DNA from: Heterodontus francisci
Taxonomy: Eukaryota
NCBI RefSeq assembly: GCF_036365525.1
Contig: NC_090400.1
Span: forward strand, 33,010,613 to 33,074,612
Reading direction: 5' to 3'
Length of the DNA stretch: 64,000 nucleotides
Of the stretch, positions 1-13,404 are shown one piece after another; position 1 is the stretch's first letter, and every line of letters begins with the position of its first letter. Made by a program: the position numbers and the translations under genes. The notes below the pieces were generated by a model. It saw nothing but the letters and a program-made list of their open reading frames with translations, made no database searches and had not been told where the DNA came from.

Positions 1-571
1 CTTCCAATTGATAGCTGGATATTTCAATGTGATGGCGTCAAAATTTCTTGCTTCACAAGAATTCTTTTTGGCAGGGCTAGCCCGATTCTGCCAGAAACTG
101 AATTTCTGGTCGACTACCGCTCTAATAAAAATTTCCCTTTAGTTTACTCACTCTCTCGGAGTACTGATTGTCGAGTGAGATTTTTGAATCTGGTCCTAAA
201 TCTCACTATTGCGACTTCTTCCAGCTGTTTTCATCGTTGTCCCAGGCTTTTATGGCTTTTCCCATTGTCCACGATGTTGCGCTTGTGATAGCCGTCACTG
301 TATCGAATAGTGCTGCTAACACGTTGTGCAAATCTGCATCGCTGCCACCATAGTGTGTACCCTGCCACTAGGATGTTGATGGTGGGGGATTCGGTGACAG
401 TAATTGACCCAATATTAAGCCTAAATTTTCTAATTTTCCCTTATTAACTGTGGCTAGTATGTTCTACTGACAGAGATCGCTCCTATGTTTGTTGCTGCTC
501 TTAATATGTTGTGTCTATTCAGTCAATAAAGCCAACAGCAAGAGATTCAACCAACAAGTGTAAAACACATA

Positions 572-2030
572 GGCCTGGATTTTGTGGTCAGCGGTGAATT
601 AATGACACTGGCTGTTTATTACATTTACACTTGCCCATAGACTTTCTGTGGATTTTTGCACCGGAACTTACAGTTATTGGAAATCCAAAACAGCACAGTG
701 CTATCTACAAGTGATCTGGAACCTGTGAAACCAGGGTAAGCATCTGTGTATCTCCTTAATCAATCACATTGATGAATCTTTACTGAGACATGGGGCAGAA
801 TTTTACCGGCTCATGGGTGGCAGGAATGGAGGCAGATTGCAGGGAGCCGTATTGGGATGGTTCCACGATGCTGTCCCACCACTGGGAAATTTTCCCAGTG
901 GCAAGCAGGAAGTGGACTGGCTGGCTGCTCCATGGAGGCAGACAGCCAATTTGCATAATTAAGCACCATTAAATGGGGCCACTGGCATTTTGCCAGTGGT
1001 GGGGCAGCCCCCCACCATGTGGGGAAGCTGCCAGCTTCATGGAAGCAGCCTCGCCGTGGCAGCCCAGGGGGACATCAGAGCCAGAAGCTCCATGGCCCAA
1101 AGTGAGTGCCGCAGGTAGCCCCTGCAGCCCCAACAATATCCCCCCCTCCCTCCCCTGCACCGAAGAGTTTCCCCTTCAACCCTTGGCCCCTGAATTTTTT
1201 ATTTTTTATTTACTTACCTGGCAATGTGCCCCGAGGTCTCCTGCTTTCCTCAGCAGTGCCCTCCTCTCCCATTGTCGCTGCAGTGACTTCAGAGCTGCCG
1301 GCCCTCTGATTAGACCAGCGGAGCCCAGCCACAATCCTTAATTGTATGGGGGGCCCAGAGGCAGCCAATTAGGAGACCACCTCCAGTAAAATCGCCAAGC
1401 CTGTCCCACTGCCGACAAACATAGGCTCGGGATCCCCATTTGGTCCTGAATTCAGGGTTATGAAGCCCACGGGAAAATTCAGCCCATGCAGTCTGAACCA
1501 GAATGTGGCAATTGGAAGAGATCATTCAATGCCAAATCATGTACAGAAAGTGAAACAAAGAGAGCAAAAGAAAAATGGGATTAAGATAAAAGAGACAGAA
1601 AGAAAAAGTTTTAAAACTAATAAAATGCTTTACTTTTTTAAAATTTCCAACATTAATTACAATCTGAAGGAATGAGATTCTATGTTTATAAAAGTCAAAA
1701 TTCAGTGCCAGAAAGGTTATTTGGCAGTAATGAAGATTTAACACGTTGTTAAAAGTTCACTTACACTTCAAGGGACAAGTCTTAACTTTTTCTGGTGTGT
1801 TTAGTGGGATCCAGTGGGTAAGTACTGCAGCTTCACATCCTTCCCTGCATTTGAATATCAAGTTTCTCGGCAAGATACTGATAGCACGACGCTTGTGGAG
1901 GAGCAGGGCAATTCAGACAGCATCCTAATTTTCGCATCTGACTGTGCATATATGGATGCCAGATGCTCCTGTCTTTAATAACAATGAGCACCGATAGCAT
2001 CACTGTTATTCCTACTGCAAAATCCAAGCC
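572..2030. mobile_element. Old non-autonomous DNA transposon (Harbinger-like) hosting a nested MITE
   Basis: ggcctggattttg (572-584) and caaaatccaagcc (2018-2030) form a 13-bp inverted pair with 1 mismatch; no clean TSD. Confidence 0.45.
793..1485 (+). mobile_element. PIF/Harbinger-like MITE
   Basis: TIRs gggcagaatttt / aaaattcagccc; 3-bp TSD atg; GC-rich body similar to the reverse complement of 52952-53645. Confidence 0.75.
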
Positions 2031-4429
2031 AAGGTAACTGATTCCAAACTTTGCACAGGTCGGCCAACACTCTACCTTGTGGAGTAATAGTTACTGCAGC
2101 ATTAAGCTAACATTACCACAGTGCTGTTGATCATGATGATTAAACTCCAGAGACTGTTGTTAGCAACTGCCTCAGAAAGTCTGACAGCACTGATCTGAGG
2201 CCTCTGTCTTTTTCCATTCTTAATGGCTGTTGTATGACAACTGAAATGAATATCCATTGTAACTGGGTTGCTAGGTGCTGAGCAGAACAGACAAGCTCAT
2301 TTGAAAGATCAAAAAGAAAATTCTTTCATCAGTTTTCAGGCCATTTTAAGCCTGTGCCTCACTATTATTTTAATGAGTCTTTTGGCCAATTGTTTAACTT
2401 TCTTTTTGTCTACAGTAACACTACTTCCATTAGTGGTTTCCCCAATATCTGAGGTGCTCAGGAGAAAAGGAAGACTACCAAAGGATTGTTAAGCTGGTTA
2501 GGATCTCCAAGAGGTGTTTGTGTCCACCTACCAGTACCCTGCACACCACACCTGTAGACGACCCTCACTTTGGTGGATAATTAATACAGGTAGAAGCTTC
2601 AACACTGAAAGTAGATAGTCACAGCAGGCCCAATAGTACAGATGCATGTGAAACATTGACTATAATGCTGGGCAATTCTTCAGCAGGTTCCAAGAATAGT
2701 ATATCATGCTCGATTTATTACTGCATGAAAGAATTCAAACCAAGGTAATCATCAACCGGCAAAGCATGCTTGGTCACACCTGCCAAGATGCACATCTTTA
2801 AATTATTTGCTCTGCTGCTCGAATACACCTTTCAGCTGCTCTGATCTGCACTCAAATCAGTGAATGATAATGCTAATGAGAACACTCAGGAACTTTGAGG
2901 GCGTCTCCTGGCTGCACAGGATGGGTTTTTCAACATTTGTTTGAAATTACCTCGTCAGCAGCAGTGAGGATTGCTGAAGAATCTTGAGCCAGGCAGGTCC
3001 AATGCCTGCCCCACTCATCACCCACTAATTTCACAATGGGGGCCTTCAACTGCCCATCATTTACATATTTCAGGAGCTGTATTTGGGGTGGGATACCCAC
3101 AACACCTAAAAGCTGGCTCCACAAACTTAGCAGTGGGAACAACGCCTGTGCAAAATCATCCCACTGTTAAATTGGTAAGCTTTCACCCATTCTATATCCA
3201 AAAACTTGATGTGATGTGTACGCAGTTTTACCCCACTGGCCTTCAAACTCAGTCTGGCTTACATTTTAAAAGAAGTTATAAAGTGGCATCACAACCAAGT
3301 GAGAGAATCATGTTTTAGGGAGCCTTAGTTTTGTGAAAGGATTTCTAAAAAGGAAGCAGGGTTTAATTGATGTTATAAAAATGCTTGCAGCAATTGTGCA
3401 TTGCAATTTCTGAGTAATAATAGCCCGAAAGGTCAATGCAGCATTTAAATGCAACAGATTCAGAGAGTTGTTGTTAATGCCCAAGTTGTTGCTAATGCTG
3501 AGCAGGACAAAGGTAACACTCAATAAAGATTGTACCAGTAAGCTGCCCACCCAAAAAATAACTATCTGCCGAATGTTCTAGTACATGTGGTGCCCTGTTG
3601 TCTTTTGGGCCCTTATCTTGTTAATGCATGGAGGAGGTTGTTTCCCTTGTGACAGTCAAATCATAAATAATGTTATTTAGAATGCAATTTCCATTGCTGT
3701 CATGTTTGAAATATTCTTTTATTGTCATCATATAATGTCATCTCAGAAAGCACTTTGTACAGATCATTCATTGCAAAATATGTATTTTTAAAATTTGGTT
3801 GCACATAAACTATGGGTGGTAGGCTCCTGTACATTTGAGTTCCAGAGCAGATTTACATGTAATGTAAAGGTGAAAGATACGTCAAAGTATTATAGTGCGA
3901 CTCCAGAAGGCTTTTCAAAATAACTCCAAATTAGACCTATTCACCAATAGGGGGGATTTTAACTGAGAATAAGTGGGAAATTACTTTGGTAAGTTAATTT
4001 CCTACCCACCAGTGGCAACAGAGGACCTTCAGCAAATATAACCATCAACCTCACTTAAATGCCACCAGACCACTTCCCACCCGACTAACTGCTGCCAAAG
4101 ATTGGGTAGCCTTTTTCTGCTTACCAGCTACCAGACAAGTTTCTTCAACTGGGTTTCAAGAGAGTCTCACAGGAAGGAAGCAGGACAATGTCTGGGGCAG
4201 ATGAAGCCACAAATTTCCTTGTGGGGCCTGGGGGAGCACTGATAAGCCTCCTGGTCTCACAAAGGAAGGTTTCCGACATGTTTTGGGCCTCATTGCCCTT
4301 CCCAGCAGCTGCCAATCTGCCTTCAGCTGGTGGAAACTATCCAATCTTCCTTGCTCTCACTGAGGTTAAAATGCAATCGGATCCTATTGGGAGGCAACAA
4401 GACATTCAAGGACTTTGGAGAGGTTGGAG

Positions 4430-7020
4430 ATGGGGCAATAGTTGACAAGGACAGAAGGGTCAAGGGTGGAGTTTTTAAGTGGGAAGGGTAATGATGGCAG
4501 ATTTAAAAGAAAGGGGACAATACCAGAGGAGAATGAGCTATTTACAAAATCAGCTAGCATGGAAGTTGGGTTATCAGTAATTTAATGGGAATAGGGTCAA
4601 GGGAGCAGGAAGTTAGTCTCATGCACAGACACGATGGGCCAAGTGGCTTCTTTCTGTGCCATAAACGTTCTATGATTCTATGAAGCTCAGAGAGACCATG
4701 AGGGGAAATAGGTAAGAAACTAGAGAAAGATGTGAGTGTAGATCTAGAGGGTATGTTTGGCTTGGTTGTCGAGAGGAAGGGAGGGATGTGAGAGACTCAG
4801 CTGAACAGATAGTTTCAACCTTAGTGATAAAGAAGTGCTTAAGCTCCTCACACTTGTTAGGGGTGACAATAGAAGGGGGAGGGGGATGGGTTTTAGAAGG
4901 TACTTGGTGGTGAAGAAGAGAAGCCAGGGTTTATCATTGCATTCCAGGACGAGCCTGGAGTAGTGAATATTTTTCAAAGCGAACAGCAAGGCTCGACAGT
5001 ATAGTATGTGGCCCAGCCAGAATTGGTGATAAATGATTAAACCAGTTGCCCATCATAAAGGTTCAAGTCTGCATCCTTTGGACGTGAGGGAGCAGAGATG
5101 AAAGCCATAGCAGGAGGAACCCAGAGCGGAAGGGAGGTAGGGTTTTACTGGGGACAAGGGCATCAAAGGTGGAGGTGATGGTGTAATTGAGCAGAGCAGT
5201 AGCTGCAGAAGTAACATAGCAAGTGATGGGTGAAAGGCTAGACAGTTGGGAATTTGAAAGTGAGACTGGAATTGACTTGATGAAGTGTTTTTTCCAGACA
5301 TGGATGCAAAAGAAAGTGCAATTGAAAGGGGAAAAGAGGATGTGAGTGCAGAGTTGCTTATTAGGAATTGATCAGAGGTGGCCTCATCTATGATTGAGAT
5401 GGTGGAAGCAGAGAGCCACCTGAGATGGTCAAAATGGCAAGGCCAAGAGGGTGACTGTGAATATGGTTAGTACAGTTTGCATATCTCTTTCTTTGGCCTC
5501 CTTATCTCGAGAGACAATGGATAAGCGCCTGGAGGTGGTCAGTGGTTTGTGAAGCAGCGCCTGGAGTGGCTATAAAGGCCAATTCTAGAGTGACAGGCTC
5601 TTCCACAGGTGCTGCAGAGAAATTTGTTTGTCGGGGCTGTTACACAGTTGGCATTGTACAGTTTGCATAAAGGGAGAGGTTAAGGGAGAACAGGAGGGCA
5701 GTGAACTCAACGGTCAAGGTGAGTTGAGTTGGAGCACTGAGAATGAAAACTCACTCGGTGTAGAGACTGAGGGAGGAAAGCAGTGACGATGACTTGATGA
5801 GAAACTTGGCATGGTAGTTGGGTGGCTAGTAGGTAATAGTGATTTTAAAGGAGATGTAAGACGGCTGGAGCAAGGTGAAATGCTCAAAGGATGTGAAGGT
5901 ACCAGAGGAGCAAGGAAACAGACCAAGGTGAGATTTGGTGATGAAGGCCACACTGCCACCACAGTGTTTTAGTGGGGCAGATGTTGAAAGGTATAACCAG
6001 GTGGGGAGGCTTCGGTAAAGGGGAAGGTATCATTACCCATGAGTGAAGTCTCCGTCAAGGCCATGATGTGGATACAATCAGCCACAATAAGTTCATTGAT
6101 GGCATCCTGGAGGGAGATGCAGAGAGGAATGGTAATAATTGATCCATTGGCCGAGTTCACAAGGTCAGCAATGGAAGGGTTAAATGGATGAGCAGAATGT
6201 TGATGGGATTAGCCCCAAGCTGATATTCTTGGCAAAAAGGTCAGTAAGTAGGATGGTGCAATTCGGGCTGTTGCTTTTAAGGATGCAGCAACAAATGCCT
6301 TGACAGGCCCTTCAGAGGATGTCGAGAGGCAAAGCGGGGGAGCTGTGGACTTATACAACAGGGAATCAAGCCTTGGACAGCAGCAGGAGAGTAGGAAGAT
6401 GGAGGAGTAGTGAAGCTTTGGGATAGGGATTGAAGTGGGGGCAGAGTATCTGAGAAGGAAGAAATGAAAAGAGCCATAAGAAGTGCCTAAGAGGAGTAAA
6501 GTGAAGAGAAAAAATAGAAGTAATGGGCTTGGGTCTGGAGTGGCAGCCAAAATGCATAGGTGAATGGAAACAGGGAACCTCAGATTCCCCCTTTCAAATG
6601 TGCTTTCTTTTGCATCCATGTCTGGAAAAAACACCATCAAATCAATTCCAATCTCACTTTCAAATTCCCAACTGTCTAGCCTTTCACCCATCACTTGCTA
6701 TATGGCAAAGATTAGGATAGTTATGTCCTGGTAGTAAATGGTGAATAGAGAAGCAACTATAGGAGAGAGTCATAAGTTAAATCAGAGCAACAGGGTGAGA
6801 TGAGGTTGTTGTAGATAGGGTGGAGTCAGCTTGGAGCATTGACAAACTGATGTCCAGGTTTAGAGGGTAGCAAATAGTTGACAGGAAAAAGGAGGATCAA
6901 GGAGAGAAAGGCCCAAGAAGAACCAGGAGATGAAGTATGGTGAAAGAATTAATAGGTTTGGGTCCAGAGTAGCAGCCAAAATACACATGCAAAATGGATA
7001 GCAAGGGAATTCAGATTATA
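4430..7020 (-). mobile_element. Degenerate L2-type LINE (APE endonuclease region), locally rearranged
   Basis: ORF 5969..6160 IMALTETSL...EASPPGYTFQHLP resembles an APE N-terminus; many stops; limits approximate. Confidence 0.65.
5484..5655 (-). mobile_element. 5'-truncated RTE-clade LINE 3' end
   Basis: 14-bp TSD gtacagtttgcata (5470-5483, 5656-5669); minus strand encodes FLCSTCGRACHSRIGLYSHSRRC, an RTE-type C-terminal Cys/His motif, then a short 3' UTR. Confidence 0.85.
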
Positions 7021-7508
7021 TATTCCTGGCAAAGATTTAATGACATTTGTCCTGGTTGTAAACAAAAGAAAAATTATAGTCGGTAAGTTCAGTACCTTAA
7101 TGTCACAGTAAAATGTCACAATATCCAATAAAACAACTGTTAGTCCAGGGATGCAAAACTTCACTCAATCACCAATTTCATCCAACAATAAAGCATTCCA
7201 TAAAGCAAGGCTCACAAAATCAACAGCAGTTGTCCTTTCTTTTAAAGCGAGTCTCTCTCTCTCAGGGTTTAATGGGTAAAGGCTCCAATCTCTGGTCTGT
7301 GCTGATTCCCTGATGTGTTCCTGGGGACTGTTTGATGAATTTGGTAAAATGACACCTTTAAACCCTGAGCAGGTGACTTCCAAGCTGCAGTTTGATGGGA
7401 ACATTGAAATCCTTCTGCTGTCTGATTCAATGTGGTTTGTAGTAATCACGCCAAAAATATCATCTACCTCCAAAAGTAAGACACCATTGTGAACACTGTT
7501 GCACCATT

Positions 7509-8249
7509 GTGCTTTGTTTTAGAGAAGTGGTTACACCCAAGGTGCAGGCAGATAGATGGGTGACTGCTAGAAGGGGCAGGCAGTCAGTGCAGGAATCCCC
7601 TGTGGCTATCCCCCTCTCTAACAAGTATACCATTTTGGATACTGTTGGGGAGGATGGCCTATCAGGGGAAAACAGCAGCAGCCAGAGCAGTGGCACCACG
7701 GCTGGCACTGTTGTTCAGCAGGGAGGGACAAAGCGCAGAAGAGCAATAGTAAAAGGGGACTCTATAGTCAGGGGCACAGATAGGTGCTTCTGTGGACATG
7801 AAGGAGACTCCAGGATGGTATGTTGTCTCCCTGGTGCCAGGGTCAAGGATGTCTCTGAACGGACAGGGGGCATTGTGAAGGGGGAGGGTGAACAGCCAGA
7901 GGTTGTGGTACACATCGGTACCAACGACATAGGCAGGAAGAGTGATGAGGTCCTGCAGGGGGAGTTTAGGGAGTTAGGTAGAAAGTTAAAAGACAGGACC
8001 TCAAGGGTTGTAATCTCGGGATTACTCCCTGTGCCACATGCCAGTGAGGCTAGAAATAGGAAGATAGTGCAGCTAAACATGTGGCTGAACAGCTGGTGTG
8101 GAAGGGAGGGTTTCAGATATCTGGATCATTGGGATCTCTTCAGGGACAGATGGGACCTGTACAAGAAGGACGGGTTGCATCTAAACTGCAGGGGCACAAA
8201 TATACTGGCTGCGAGGTTTGCTAGTGTCACACAGGAGGGTTTAAACTAG
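7509..8249 (+). pseudogene. CR1 ORF1 SGNH/GDSL esterase-like domain
   Basis: GDS, PGA, HIGTND and DGLH blocks in a 246-aa ORF. Confidence 0.9.
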
Positions 8250-11149
8250 TGTGGCAGGGGGTTGGGAACCAGAGCAATAGGACAGCAGGTGAAATAAATG
8301 AGGGGGAACTAGTACATAAGGCCAGTAAAACTAAGAGGAAGAGCAGGCAGGGAGATGTTGCTGAGCACAGCGGGACTGGTGGTCTGAAGTGCATTTGTTT
8401 CAATGTGAGAAGTATAACAGGTAAGGCAGATGAGCTTAGAGCTTGGACTAGTACTTGGAACTATGATGTTGTTGCTATTACAGAGACTTGGTTGATGGAA
8501 GGACAGGATTGGCAGCTAAATGTTCTGGGATTTAGGAGCTTCAGGCGGGATAGAGGGGGATGTAAAAGGGGTGGGGGCATTGCATTACTGGTTAAGGAGA
8601 ATATCACAGCTGTACGGCGGGAGGACACCTCAGAGGGGTCATGCAGCGAGGCAATATGGGTGCAGCTCAGGAATAGGAAGGGTGCAGTCACGATGTTGGG
8701 GGTTTACTACAAGCCTCCCAACAGCCAGCGGGAGGTAGAGGAGCAGATATGTAGACAGATTTTGGAAAGATGTAAAGGTAATAGGGTTGTAGTGGTGGGT
8801 GATTTTAACTTCCCCTATATTGACTGAGACTTACTTAGTGCTAGGGGCTTGGATGGGGCAGAATTTGTAAGGAGCATCCAGGAGGGTTTCTTGAAACAAT
8901 ATGTTGATAGTCCAACTAGGGATGGGGCCGTACTGGACCTGGGGAATGAGCACGGCCTGGTGGTCGAAGTTTCAGAAGGGGAGCATTTCGGGAACAGTGA
9001 CCATAATTCCATAAGTTTTAAGGTACTTGTGGATAAGGATAAGATAGTCCTCGGGTGAAGGTGCTAAATTGGGGGAAGGCTAATTATAACAATATTAGGC
9101 AGGAACTGAAGCATTTAGATTGGGGGCGGCTGTTTGAGGGGAAATCAACATCTGACATGTGGGAGTCTTTCAAACGTCAATTGATTAGTATCCAGGACCA
9201 GCATGTTCCTGTGAGGAAGAAGGATAAGTTTGGCAAGTTTCGGGAACCTTGGATAACGCGGGATATTGTGAGCCTAGTCAAAAAGAAAAAGGAAGTATTC
9301 GTAAGGGCTGGAAGGCTGGGAACAGACGAAGCCCTTGAGGAATATAAATACAGTAGGAAGGAACTTAAACAAGGAGTCAGGAGGGCTAAAAGGGGTCATG
9401 AAAAGTCATTGGCAAACAGGATTAAGGAAAATCCCAAGGCTTTTTATACGTATATAAAGAGCAAGAGGGTAACCAGGGAAAGGGTTGGCCCACAGAGGAG
9501 GGAATCTATGTGTGGAGCCAGAGGAAATGGGCGAGGTACTAAATGAGTACTTTGCATCAGTATTCACCAAAGAGAAGGACTTGGTGGATGATGAGTCTAG
9601 GGAAGGAAGTGTAGATAGTGTTGGTCATGTCGTTATCAAAAAGGAGGAGGTGTTGGGCATCTTGCAAAGCATTAAGGTAGATAAGTCCCCAGGGCCTGAT
9701 GGGATCTACCCCAGAATACTGAGGGAGGCAAGGGAAGAAATTGCTGGGGCCTTGACAGAAATCTTTGTATCCTCATTGGCTACAGGTGAGGTCCCAGAGG
9801 ACTGGAGAATAGTCAATGTTGTTCCTTTGTTTAAGAAGGGTAGCAAGGATAATCCAGGAAATTATAGGCCGGTGAGCCTTACGTCAGTGGTAGGGAAATT
9901 ATTAGAGAGGATTCTTCGGGACAGGATTTACTCCCATTTCGAAACAAACAAACTTATTAGCGAGAGGCAGCATGGTTTTGTGAAGGGGAGGTCGTGTCTC
10001 ACTAACTTGATTGAGTTTTTTGAGGAAGTGATGAAGATGATTGATGAAGGAAGAGAAGTAGATGTTATCTATATGGACTTCAGTAAAGCCTTTGACAAGG
10101 TCCCTCATGGCAGACTGGTACAAAAGGTGAAGTCACACGGGATCAGAGGTGAGCTGGCAAGATGGATACAGAACTGGCTCGGTCATAGAAGACAGAGGGT
10201 AGCAGTGGAAGGGTGCTTTTCTGAATGGAGGGCTGTGACTAGTGGTGTTCCGCAGGGATCAGTGCTGGGACCTTTGCTGTTTGTAGTATATATAAATGAT
10301 TTGGAGGAAAATGTAGCTGGTCTGATTTGAAAGTTTGCGGACGACACAAAGGTTGGTGGAGATGCGGATAGTGATGAGGATTGTCAAGGATACAGCAGGA
10401 TATAGATTGGTTGGAGACTTGGGCGGAGAAATGGCAGATGGAGTTTAATCCGGACAAATGTGAGGTGATGCATTTTGGAAGGTCTAATGCAGGTGGGAAG
10501 TATACAATAAATGGCAGAACCCTTAGGAGTATTGATAGGCAGAGAGATCTGGGCGTACAGGTCCACAAGTCACTGAATGTGGCAACGCAGGTGGATAAGG
10601 TAGTCAAGAAGGCATACGGCATGCTTGCCTTCAAATTGGCGAGTCATGCTGCAGCTGTACAGAACTTTAGTTAGGCCACACTTAGAATAATGCGTGCAAT
10701 TCTGGTCGCCACACCACCAGAAGGACGTGGAGGCTTTGGAGAGGGTACAGAAGAGGTTTACCAGGATGGTGCCTGGTCTGGAGGGCATTTGCTATGAGGA
10801 GAGGTTGGATAAACTCGGATTGTTTTCACTGGAACGACGGAGGTGGAGGGGCAACATGATAGAGGTTTACAAAGTTATGAGTGGCATGGACAGAATGGAT
10901 AGTCAGAAGCTTTTTCCCAGGGTGGAAGGGTCAGTTACTAGGGGGCATAGGTTTAAGGTGCGAGGTGCAAAGATTAGAGGGGATGTGCGAGGCAAGTTCT
11001 TTACACAGAGGGTGGTGAGTGCCTGGAATGTGCTGCCGGGGGAGGTGGTGGAAGCAGGTACCATAGAGACGTTTAAGAGGCATCTTGACAAATATATGAA
11101 TAGGATGGGAATAGAGGGATACGGTCCCCGGAAGTGCAGAAGGTTTTAG
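8249..11149 (+). pseudogene. CR1 ORF2 (APE endonuclease plus reverse transcriptase), disrupted
   Basis: Six collinear ORF fragments; in-frame stops, e.g. at 8825 and 10328. Confidence 0.92.
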
Positions 11150-13404
11150 TTTAGGCAGGCATCAAGATCGGCGCAGGCTTGGAGGGCTGAATGGCCTGTT
11201 CCTGTGCTGTACTGTTCTTTGTTCTTTGAATGATAATTTTCTTTAATCCACATTTTTAAAAGACAAGCTGCCAGCAAAGTCATCCTTTCAGCTTAAGATG
11301 ATCACCTAGTTTGATACACTGTATCCTACATTTCAAAGAACTGTGAGGAGGGATATGAACTGTGCATTTCCCAGCAAGAAGCAAAATCCAGGAAGTTTAA
11401 AGGAACTACCTATTCTTTCAGAAAGCAGAGAAATACTGCTAACTACTATGTTTGAATGACTGAGTGACTGTCTTGTGACAAGACCCTCCCCATCTGTGGT
11501 TTTTAAGCTAGTGTTTTCTCTACAGCAGAGGAGAAGCAACTGGACTCTGACATAAGCAGGCCCTAAGTGGGGTTCCTTCTCTCTCTCTCTCCATTCCAGC
11601 TTAAAAGCTTTCAAATCCTGCCTGTTGACTGACCACCTTTACATACTCCGGCTGTAATCAGAAACCTTGTTGAAGTAAATCATCTGCATCGCTTTCTCCA
11701 AGAGAACCACCAAACCAGTCATCTAACTTTTCAAACTAAAAGCCTCAGGACCACCGAATTCAGCTAGAAGCCAGCCAAATCACCCAACGCCATCGACCTT
11801 TTTTCCATAACTCAACCAATCTACATTTCCCCACTCTATGTATGATCCAATGGCATTATTTCAAAGAAGGACAGGGTAGTTCTCACACTGTCTTGGCCAA
11901 CATTTAATCCTTAACCAACAAAAGGTGCTGGCCCAGCATTGGCAGAGAAATGGGGCAGGAGAGGGCATTCCTGGTCATCCTGTCTCAATTTCCTCCATGT
12001 TCATCCTTTGGGGACTAAAAGCAGGAGCGCGCACAGAGCCACCCCAAAAGAAAGCTGGTGGGACTTGCATTGGTCTCCTCCTCATATCTGATGCTCTGAA
12101 GAGGGCCAAGTTGGAGTGGCACAATGGGTAAGTGAGATTTTGTCATCCCCATATAAGTTGTTTAGGTGTCCAGCAGCTTTCAGAAAGCCCCAAAGCCATT
12201 AGATCTTGATACAGGGGACGGTGGGGCCGTGCCTGAGCTGGAGTGTAGCTATGCCATGTTACTGGCCTGGGACAATGAAGTTGACAATAACAAGGTCTTG
12301 GCAGGCATTGTATGCAGAGTGTTGCTTCTGTCTAACAGCCAGCACAGAGGAGTAGAGGAAAATCTCTTGCTCCCATTAACAATTGTGTAACTTCATTGAA
12401 CTTCTATAAAAAGTACTAAAGTGCTATGGCAGATTTAATGAGGCCTCTGTCTTTTATTACTATGGGCTGTAATCAGATGTTGTTCATTAAACTATGCATT
12501 ATCATAAGTGAATATGGTTAATTTCTATTTAGTTGTAATGACTTTGTTGCTTATGACCATGCAATGAGTGTGACTATGTTTACAGCAGTCACCTTGATGG
12601 AATTTCAGTATATCTCTTAAAACAATTACATTGCAAGGCAAGGATGCAGGTGGGCAATGTTCTGGAGCTGGATGTAGGGAGACTTTGTAATGGCTAGTAA
12701 TTGGGATTGGAAGCTCAGCTTGAGATTGAGCAGAACGTCAAGATTGCACACAGTCTGGTTCAGCCTGAGACAATGGTTGGGAGGAGAATGGAATCAATAG
12801 TAACAGCACGGAGTTCATGGTGAGGGCCAATTCTTGAATCTAGACAGTTTTGACAAATGGCAAATGCATCTGCAATTTACTCACTTTGTTTTAACACACT
12901 GGGTTGGAAACCATTGGTCCTGGAGAATTGTCTCACTTAAGTTAATTATTTTCTTCAATATTATTCTTTCACTGATGTTAAATGCAATAAGTTCCTCCCT
13001 TTATTTTTAGGTTCTCTTGCATCGCTGGTATTTTGTCCTCTACCTCCATTGTGAAAATGGATATGCATTATTCATTTACCAAGTCTGTCATTACCTTATT
13101 ATCCATTATAGTCTCATCTGCACCTTTCTTTAATAGGCCTACATCCCCCTTATCACTCTCTTTCTCTTAATATATTTATAAGAATTTTTATTGTTAGCTT
13201 TGCAAGTTTTTTTCTTATTTTTTGCACTTCTCATTACTGTTCATCACTTTGTCATTCTTTATAAATCTCCCAGTCTGTTGCAGTTTTACTTTTCCTGTCA
13301 ATTAAGTAGCATTTTGGGTTGATACTGTCTCTTACTTCATTGTTGAACGTGGTTACTTAACTACACAAGTGGAGCTTTTGCCTTTTAGAGCTATCTACTG
13401 GTTT

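Larger units (their letters stand above)
7509..11228 (+). mobile_element. Near full-length CR1 LINE, inactivated
   Basis: ORF1 esterase; ORF2 APE (ITETW, GDFN) and RT ([28 protein letters not shown]) split by stops and frameshifts; (tgttctt)n 3' tail. Confidence 0.95.

Noticed and set aside
1-400. Possible decayed Harbinger Myb/SANT-like coding remnant on the minus strand
   Set aside because: Only a vague resemblance across frameshifts; not supportable without a profile search
2480-2930. Possible Harbinger DDE transposase remnant
   Set aside because: No catalytic motif can be read in frame
11230-11830. LTR-like sequence beside the large CR1
   Set aside because: No TG...CA ends or TSD could be defined
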